This document shows, in pieces, positions 57,720-64,000 of a DNA stretch of 64,000 nt. The DNA is from Gemmatimonas sp. (GTDB taxonomy: Bacteria; Gemmatimonadota; Gemmatimonadetes; Gemmatimonadales; Gemmatimonadaceae). The first letter of the stretch is position 1, and each line of letters begins with the position of its first letter. Under the pieces are notes generated by a model, which was given only the letters and a program-made list of their open reading frames with translations, made no database searches and was not told where the DNA came from. Location: the NCBI GenBank assembly GCA_965279375.1, contig OZ257156.1, positions 3,104,001 to 3,168,000 of the forward strand. Direction: 5' to 3'. Made by a program: the position numbers and the translations under genes.

Positions 57720-58018
57720 CAGGCCTCGCGCTCATGGTGCGCGCGAAGGGCCGCGAGCGCCGGGTCATAGACGCGATTGGCCCAGCGCACATACACGTAG
57801 GTAAGCAGCCACGCAGCGACGATCACGGAAGCGCCCAGAACGATGCCGAGCGATAGACCGTCCTGCGGCTGACGCGCCAAGATCGCCGGCGCGTACGCCA
57901 CCAGCGCGATGAACCCGAAGTAGACGCAGACCATCAGCACGGTGAGCGTCGCGGCAATGCGCCATCGGCGCACCGCCAGCACGCGTGTCGCGGCGGCCGC
58001 ATTGGAGGAAGTGGTCAT
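57719..58018 (-). CDS. DUF485 (YjcH-like) small membrane protein partnering ActP
   Basis: Two TMs, YFGFIALVAY, YVRWANRVYD; overlaps the actP start. Confidence 0.88.
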   Translation of the reverse strand: MTTSSNAAAATRVLAVRRWRIAATLTVLMVCVYFGFIALVAYAPAILARQPQDGLSLGIVLGASVIVAAWLLTYVYVRWANRVYDPALAALRAHHEREA

Positions 58019-58129
58019 GGCGCGCGAAGGTACGGCTGGTGCAGCGGGTTGCAAAGCCCGGCATCCCTTTCGGGGTGTACTGCGTCATATTCGACGGACG
58101 CTCACACTTTCACCCTCGTTCCGAAGACT

Positions 58130-58567
58130 GTGACGCAACGCATGGGAATCGCGCTGGGGAGTCTGATCTCCGGCATTGTCGCCCTGTATCTGCACCTGTG
58201 GAAGCTCGGTCTGACCGGCTCGCTCGTCTGCACCGGCAGTGGCGGCTGCGAGTATGTGCAGGGGAGCCCCTACGGCTGGTTCCTCGGCGTGGACGTCGCG
58301 CTGATTGGCACGGTGGGCTACACGCTGCTCTTCATTGCGGCGGTCATCGGCACGCTGCCCAAGTACGAGGACGAGCGCTGGCCCAATCTGTTGATGCAGG
58401 CGCTGATCTGGCCGGCGGTGCTCTTCACGGTACGCCTCAAGTACGGCGAATTCATCGTGCTCAAGAGCTTCTGCCCGTGGTGCGCGATCTCGGCGGTCAC
58501 CATCGCAACCTGCGCCGTGTTGATCACATTCGACAAGCGCCGTCTGGATCGACTGCAGGCCGCGTAA
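58130..58567 (+). CDS. Vitamin K epoxide reductase (VKOR) family protein
   Basis: CTGSGGC..VQGSPY and FCPWC motifs, multiple TMs. Start uncertain. Confidence 0.88.
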   Translation: MTQRMGIALGSLISGIVALYLHLWKLGLTGSLVCTGSGGCEYVQGSPYGWFLGVDVALIGTVGYTLLFIAAVIGTLPKYEDERWPNLLMQALIWPAVLFTVRLKYGEFIVLKSFCPWCAISAVTIATCAVLITFDKRRLDRLQAA

Positions 58568-58603
58568 AGAGCGCAGCGCGACGTCGAGCGAGTCGCGTGT
58601 GGT

Positions 58604-59347
58604 CTACTTCGCCGATGACGGCGTGTCGGCGTCGCCGACCATCACGGCGTACCAGTGCTCGAGCACCTGCCGGATGGGGTAGCCCGGCATCGTCTGCACC
58701 ACTCGCCCGTTGCGGTCGATCGCCACGAAGGTCGGTGTGCCTGGATAGCGGAATGTCAGCAACACCTGATCGGAGCTCCCCGCCGGCCCGATCATCTCCA
58801 CGCCGGTCAGTCCTTCCTTCGCCAGCATCGGAATGCCCTCGGCGGCGCCCTCGAGCGTGAGCAGCTTGAGGCGGGGCAGCGGTCGGCCGGCGGACATCTC
58901 GCCCAGGTCTTTGAGCGTGCGCTTGCACCAGCTACACGTCCGCGAGCTGACCATCACGATCGCCGGCTGTCCCTTCGTGGCGAGTGGGACGAGTTTCCCC
59001 TGCAGATTCCGCACGTTGAACGCGCCGAGTGCCTGACCGGCGCTTGGTGCCGTCTGCGGCGCCGTGTCAGCGCTGAGCGACCCGCGCGGATCGGCGCCGG
59101 TACGCGGTGCTAGATTCGCCGAGGCGGATTGAGACGCGGATTGCGAAGCAGCCGACGGCGCGCGCTCAAGGGCGTCGGCACGGCGGTGATCGAGGCTGCG
59201 TTTCGCCACTGCAGCCGTGGTGCCGACGGTGAGTACCACGGCGAGCAGTTGACCCACCGTTGCCGCCCCACGACGCACGCGGAGTCGGGCGGACAGCAGC
59301 GAGAGTACCGATCGCTTGGGCGTGATGGACCCACGAGGACGAGGCAT
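58604..59347 (-). CDS. Membrane-anchored thioredoxin-fold (TlpA-like) protein
   Basis: TM, CSWC, GTPTFVAIDRNG. Start uncertain. Confidence 0.78.
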   Translation of the reverse strand: MPRPRGSITPKRSVLSLLSARLRVRRGAATVGQLLAVVLTVGTTAAVAKRSLDHRRADALERAPSAASQSASQSASANLAPRTGADPRGSLSADTAPQTAPSAGQALGAFNVRNLQGKLVPLATKGQPAIVMVSSRTCSWCKRTLKDLGEMSAGRPLPRLKLLTLEGAAEGIPMLAKEGLTGVEMIGPAGSSDQVLLTFRYPGTPTFVAIDRNGRVVQTMPGYPIRQVLEHWYAVMVGDADTPSSAK

Positions 59348-60149
59348 GATGAATGATCACCCGGAGTCGGGGCCGATGGTAGCGCCGGAGCTCCGGCTGG
59401 GCGACCTCGACGTCGAGGCGCACCTGCGCGACCCGGCGCGGAAGCAGGCGTTCGTGACGCCGATGTTCGACATCATCGCCCCGCGCTACGACGCATTCAC
59501 GCGCCTGTTTTCCTTCGGGATGGATGCGTCGTGGAAGCGCGAGGCGCTGGCGGCGATCACGCGATCTGCCGTTGGCATTCGACAGGCGCTCGACCTCGCG
59601 AGCGGGACCGGGGACATCGCCTTTGCCATCGCCCGCGCATTTCCCGGTGCCGCCGTCATCGCGCTCGATGCGTCCCCCCGCATGATCGACGAGGCTAACG
59701 CTCGGCTGAGGGATGCCGCACGCGACGTGGCCGATCGTGTGTCGACGCAGGTCGGGGACATGTGTGCGCTACCCGTGCCGACCGCGACCATGGACCTACT
59801 GACCGCTGGTTACGGTGTGAGGAACGTGCCCGATCCGGCGCAGGCGGTGCGAGAAATGGCGCGCGTGCTCAAGCCGGGCGCGCTGCTGGTGACGCTCGAC
59901 TTCTACCGTCCGGCGTTCGCGCCGTGGCGTGCGCTGCTGCTCTGGTATCTGTCCGTCGCGGGCAACGCGGTGGGCTGGTGGTGGCACCGCGATCCGATCG
60001 TGTACGGCTACATCGCGCGCAGCATCGACCACTTCATGAGTTGGCAGGACTTCAGCGCACTGCTCGAGCGGGAAGGCTTTCGTGTGGAGCGTGTGACGCG
60101 CCACCTGGGCGGCGGTATCGCGCTCCATCAGGCCCGACGACTTGACTAA
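59346..60149 (+). CDS. UbiE/MenG-family methyltransferase
   Basis: MFDIIAPRYD, SFGMD..WK, LDLASGTGD, YGVRNV, RVLKPG. Confidence 0.88.
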   Translation: MMNDHPESGPMVAPELRLGDLDVEAHLRDPARKQAFVTPMFDIIAPRYDAFTRLFSFGMDASWKREALAAITRSAVGIRQALDLASGTGDIAFAIARAFPGAAVIALDASPRMIDEANARLRDAARDVADRVSTQVGDMCALPVPTATMDLLTAGYGVRNVPDPAQAVREMARVLKPGALLVTLDFYRPAFAPWRALLLWYLSVAGNAVGWWWHRDPIVYGYIARSIDHFMSWQDFSALLEREGFRVERVTRHLGGGIALHQARRLD

Positions 60150-60841
60150 CCCGCTGTTGCAGTCGACCGCGCCACGGACACGATCCATTCCGCGTCGGTA
60201 CGCCAATGCGCTTCCACGACGACGTTCGTATTCGCGAATTCCGGAAGCAGGAGCGTGACGTTCGCGCCGCCGTCGTCCAGCACATCGACCTCTACTTCGG
60301 TGAAGCGCACATAGCGCTGCACGATCGGGTCGATCGCCTTGTAGATCGCTTCCTTGAGCGAGAAACGCAGCAGGGTGGCGTCGCGGTGGGCGAGTGCGTC
60401 GAGACCGTCGAGCGCGACGAGTTCGCGCGGCGTCAGAATACGGGTCGCAATCGATGGACGCTCGGCGTCGATGGGGCGCGCCCGCCGCTCGAGGTCCACA
60501 CCGAGATGTCCCGCCACACCGATGCCGGCAATGGCAATCGCGCGCGTCTGCTTGTGCGAGATGGACCCGGCCAGTCCCGCTGGCAGCGTTGGTGCGCCGC
60601 GCGCTGTTTGCAGCAAAGGCGCCACCGTCGCATCGGGCGCGGCCAGTCTGATCGCCTCGCGCAGCGCGGCGCGACCTGCGACGAACGCAGCGCGCCGCAC
60701 TGGATGCATCGTGTCGGCGAGCTGTCGCTCCTCGAGCGCGAGCTGCACGTCGTCTTGTGCGGGTATTGGATGCAGCGCGAGTGCCGTCTCTGCCCAGGGC
60801 GTGCTCCATGGCGCGTTCCATTCACTACGCGACGCGCTCAC
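60146..60841 (-). CDS. 4'-phosphopantetheinyl transferase (EntD-like)
   Basis: FVAGR, GAPTLP..GSISH, LGVDLE, FSLKEAIYKA. Confidence 0.9.
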   Translation of the reverse strand: MSASRSEWNAPWSTPWAETALALHPIPAQDDVQLALEERQLADTMHPVRRAAFVAGRAALREAIRLAAPDATVAPLLQTARGAPTLPAGLAGSISHKQTRAIAIAGIGVAGHLGVDLERRARPIDAERPSIATRILTPRELVALDGLDALAHRDATLLRFSLKEAIYKAIDPIVQRYVRFTEVEVDVLDDGGANVTLLLPEFANTNVVVEAHWRTDAEWIVSVARSTATAG

Positions 60842-62121
60842 AGCCGACGGCGCGCTCCGCTCGCCACCACGTTGCCGGCCAGCAATCCGGCGGCGAGTGA
60901 GATGCCGACGATCAGCACGCGGAAACCTGTCGCGACGCCGATCTCCACTTCCTGCCCCAGCATCGAGGTCACACTGCGAAAGCCAATGCTTCCCGGCACA
61001 AGAATCAGGAGGCCGGGCACGACGGTCACCATCGCCGATCGCTTGGAGTATCGCGCCATCAGATTACTCCCCGCGCTCACCACGAACGCGCCGAGGAACG
61101 CGCCCAACTCTTCGCCCATGGCGGCGCCGGCGAAACGCGACGTGAGATAGGACGCGGCACATGCCAGCATGATCCACCCTGCATCGCGCGCTTCAGCCTT
61201 GAGCAGCACGGCGAAGGCGAGAGGAGCAACGAGCAACGCGGTCCACTCCGTCCAGAAGGGGAGCGACGTGTGCGGAAGCCAAGAAATGCCTTCGGTGGTG
61301 ACGAGCGAGTCGATGGGCGCGCCGATGATGTTGCCCAAATACGTGCCCAGCTTGGCGCCGAGTGCGACGCCAAAGCCCAAGCCGAGAAATACGACGAGCG
61401 CACCGCTCAGCCGCGCGGTGCCGGAGGCGAGATGGCGCGTGGAGAGCTCGGTCAGCGCGACGGTGAACGTCAGGCCGGGCAGCAGCACGACGAGCCCCGC
61501 GAGCGATGTGGCGTAGCCGGTGCCGGAGTGCGTTGCCACGTCGATGGTGAGCGCGATCGTGGTGACCACGAAAGCGGCCAGTGGCTCGGTGACGTGGCGC
61601 CACGAGTCCGACCGGCCACACCAGAGCGCGATGCAGCCGGTCACCAGTCCGAGCCCCGCGGCGATAAAGACGTCGCTGGTGAACACGCGGAGGAAACAAG
61701 CGATTGCCGCTGAGGAACAGACCCACGCCAGCAGCGCCAGCCAGAGCGGCCAGCGTGGCGGCTCGCGCAACAGGTCCTGGATGCGTCGCAGCCCTTCGGC
61801 CGGGGCCAAGCCATTTTCGATGACGTCTCGCGTGATGGTCCCCAAGCGGGACAGGTGCCCGAGGTTGGGCTCACCCGGCTCGACACGCATGAGATGCACT
61901 TGCTGATCGACCAGTTCTCCAAAGCCCACCATGATGCTGGTTGGCGTGGAGAAGAACTCGGCGATCAGGCCTAGCCGAAGCGCGACCGTGGAGAGCAGGG
62001 CTTCGAGGCGGTGGGCCGGCGTTCCGTGAACATGCAGCGCACGGGCGAGTTCCAGCACGAATCGCGTCGCGACGGAGTGCTGTGCGTCGCTGGGCGTCGT
62101 CTCCGGCACGGCGGGCATCAT
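60838..62121 (-). CDS. ThrE-family threonine/serine exporter
   Basis: GTPAHRLE, LLPGLTFT..ELS..HL.SG.ARL, PGLLILVPGS. Confidence 0.88.
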   Translation of the reverse strand: MMPAVPETTPSDAQHSVATRFVLELARALHVHGTPAHRLEALLSTVALRLGLIAEFFSTPTSIMVGFGELVDQQVHLMRVEPGEPNLGHLSRLGTITRDVIENGLAPAEGLRRIQDLLREPPRWPLWLALLAWVCSSAAIACFLRVFTSDVFIAAGLGLVTGCIALWCGRSDSWRHVTEPLAAFVVTTIALTIDVATHSGTGYATSLAGLVVLLPGLTFTVALTELSTRHLASGTARLSGALVVFLGLGFGVALGAKLGTYLGNIIGAPIDSLVTTEGISWLPHTSLPFWTEWTALLVAPLAFAVLLKAEARDAGWIMLACAASYLTSRFAGAAMGEELGAFLGAFVVSAGSNLMARYSKRSAMVTVVPGLLILVPGSIGFRSVTSMLGQEVEIGVATGFRVLIVGISLAAGLLAGNVVASGARRRL

Positions 62122-62298
62122 GGATCGCAGCGTACCCGGTCAGGAAGTCCCGCGCAACGGCCGACCTGCTATCTTCGGAGGGGCTGGAGGGTACCGAGCT
62201 GTCTCACGTGTCTACAGCTCAGCTGGTACCTGCGTCAGCGCCCATCTCGGACTCCGAGAGGGTATCGCGTTTCTCATCCTCACTTATCCTGCGTCGCC

Positions 62299-62802
62299 AT
62301 GCCTCGTCCTTCGACTTCCGCCGGTCGCCTGTTGCTCCGCATCGTTCGACTCCCGGTTCTCGCCGTTGCCGCGCTCGTGTCGGCGTGCGGCGGCAATGAT
62401 GCCCCGGACATTCCGTCCAATCCAGCGGTCGAGATCTACGCGTCGAGCCTTGGCGTGACGATCGCCAACATGACGAAGAAGAACGATGCGCTCTTTGTGC
62501 AGGACGTGACTGTCGGCACGGGTGCCGAAGCGGTGTCCGGCAAGACGCTCCGCATGACGTACAGCGGCTACCTGATCAACGCATCGCGCTTCGACAGCAA
62601 TGTGGGCGGCACGCCCTTTCAGTTCACGCTGGGCGCAGGCCAGGTCATCGCCGGCTGGGATCTGGGCATCGCCGGCATGAAGGTGGGCGGCAAGCGAAAG
62701 ATCGTGATCGGCTCGGCGCTCGGCTATGGTCGCACGGGTAGCGGCCCGATCCCGGGTAACGCGACGTTGGTCTTCGACGTGGAACTGCTCTCGGTTCAGT
62801 GA
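62299..62802 (+). CDS. FKBP-type peptidyl-prolyl isomerase (lipoprotein)
   Basis: VSAC lipobox, FDS, GQVIAGWDLG..GMKVGGKR, LGYG, IPGNATLVFDVELL. Confidence 0.93.
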   Translation: MPRPSTSAGRLLLRIVRLPVLAVAALVSACGGNDAPDIPSNPAVEIYASSLGVTIANMTKKNDALFVQDVTVGTGAEAVSGKTLRMTYSGYLINASRFDSNVGGTPFQFTLGAGQVIAGWDLGIAGMKVGGKRKIVIGSALGYGRTGSGPIPGNATLVFDVELLSVQ

Positions 62803-63752
62803 GCGCAGTGGCGGCGGCCGCGGCTCCTGGCCGCGGCGTCAGAACGTACGCGCGGCGACTGCTGATCCTGCTGGCGATCAGTGCGCTCGCGATGGTCCGC
62901 CCCGATCGCGCCGTCGCCGAATTGGAATCGCGGTATGGCGGTGCGCCATCGAAGTACGTGATGGTGGATGGCATGCGCGTGCACTACCGCGATGAAGGGC
63001 AGGGGCCTGTGCTGGTGCTACTGCACGGCATGGGATCCTCGCTGCACACCTGGGATGGGTGGGTGGCTGAGATGCGCGACTCGGTGCGCATCATTCGGCT
63101 CGACTTGCCGGGCTACGGTCTCACCGGACCGCAGCCCGCACGCGACTACCGCATGGCGACGTACATGCCGTTCATGCGTGCCTTTCTCGATTCGCTTGGT
63201 GTGTCGCGTGCGTCGTTCGCCGGCAATTCGCTGGGTGGCGAAGTGGCGTGGAATTTCGCGCTGGCGGAGCCGTCGCGCGTGGACAAGCTGATTCTGGTGG
63301 ACCCGGCCGGATTCCCGCCGGGCGATCCGCCGTTTCTCTTTCGGCTTGGGAAATTGCCGCTCGTTGGTGGATTCATCGCGTCGGTGGGGCCACGCTGGTT
63401 CACGGCGATGAACCTGCAGCAGGTGTACGCCGACCCGTCGAGGCTGAAGGACGCGACGCTGGATCGCTACTGGGAACTGACGCTGCGCCCGGGCAATCGG
63501 CAGGCGTTCCTCGATCGAACCAACACCATCGAGCCCGATCTGACCTCGCAACTCGGCGCGATCCGTGCGCCGACGCTAGTGATGTGGGGCGACCACGATC
63601 TCTGGATTCCTGTGTCGCTCGCGCCGGTGTTCGCGAAGGCGATTCCGGGTGCGCGGCTCGCGATGATCGAGAACGCGGGGCATGTCCCGATGGAAGAACG
63701 CCCCGAAGTCACGGCGCCGATGGCGAAGGCATTCGTGCTCACGGGGCGCTAA
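62799..63752 (+). CDS. Alpha/beta hydrolase
   Basis: VHYRDEG, LLHG, DLPGYG, GNSLGG, WGDHD, GHVPMEE. Confidence 0.92.
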   Translation: MSAVAAAAAPGRGVRTYARRLLILLAISALAMVRPDRAVAELESRYGGAPSKYVMVDGMRVHYRDEGQGPVLVLLHGMGSSLHTWDGWVAEMRDSVRIIRLDLPGYGLTGPQPARDYRMATYMPFMRAFLDSLGVSRASFAGNSLGGEVAWNFALAEPSRVDKLILVDPAGFPPGDPPFLFRLGKLPLVGGFIASVGPRWFTAMNLQQVYADPSRLKDATLDRYWELTLRPGNRQAFLDRTNTIEPDLTSQLGAIRAPTLVMWGDHDLWIPVSLAPVFAKAIPGARLAMIENAGHVPMEERPEVTAPMAKAFVLTGR

Positions 63753-63806
63753 CCAGCAGTTGCATTCAGCCTTCTCACGCTCGCATGCGCGAAAAGGGCC
63801 GAGACT

Positions 63807-63998
63807 TCAGCCCATACGCCCCACCTGCGCGCGCGCTTCGGCCAGCTGTTTGGCCAATGTGGGCGCCAACGCAAGATCGGCCTCTGGCAGCAGCGTGTAC
63901 TTGACCGCGCTGCCGGAGAGATCGCTCCCCAGCGCTGAGACCAGGTCGAGCAGGACGTTGTAGGCGCCGCGCGTCTTCTTGATGTCGGTGGACGCCTC
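63807..63998 (-). CDS. 3' end of an unidentified protein (truncated by window edge)
   Basis: Manual translation EASTDIKKTRGAYNVLLDLVSALGSD..AQVGRMG* has GC-rich third codon positions. Confidence 0.55.
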   Translation of the reverse strand, partial: EASTDIKKTRGAYNVLLDLVSALGSDLSGSAVKYTLLPEADLALAPTLAKQLAEARAQVGRMG

Positions 63999-64000
63999 AC

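Noticed and set aside
63749..64000. 83-aa minus-strand ORF from the track
   Set aside because: Wrong frame; the frame ending at 63807 has typical codon usage and a protein-like sequence.

Overview
High-GC bacterial DNA, very likely from a phototrophic Gemmatimonadota (Gemmatimonas-like); this is inferred from gene order and polypeptide features, not from a search. Bases 1-27283 are the right-hand part of an anoxygenic photosynthesis gene cluster (PGC): 3' end of bchM, bciE-like, acsF, lhaA, a split puhA (H1+H2), puhB, puhC | insert | pufC-M-L, two pufA and one pufB, bchO, bchZYXC, crtF, bchID, puhE. Tandem PpsR boxes lie at three promoters. Between puhC and pufC is a 6.2-kb five-gene operon: a TerY-type vWA, a PP2C phosphatase and a Ser/Thr kinase (TerY-P triad), followed by two paralogous single-pass membrane proteins. 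After the PGC come a hydrolase and two chemoreceptors (one globin-coupled). Next is an operon with one TolC, one membrane-fusion protein, one ABC ATPase and eight MacB/FtsX-like permeases that alternate strictly as four A/B pairs. The rest holds a very large orphan histidine kinase, a pseudokinase-kinase tandem protein, an aldehyde dehydrogenase, a PAS-GGDEF protein, actP/DUF485, VKOR, a thioredoxin-like protein, a UbiE-like methylase, a PPTase, ThrE, an FKBP and a hydrolase. No rRNA, tRNA, CRISPR array, integrase or transposase was recognised. All calls come from reading motifs by eye.
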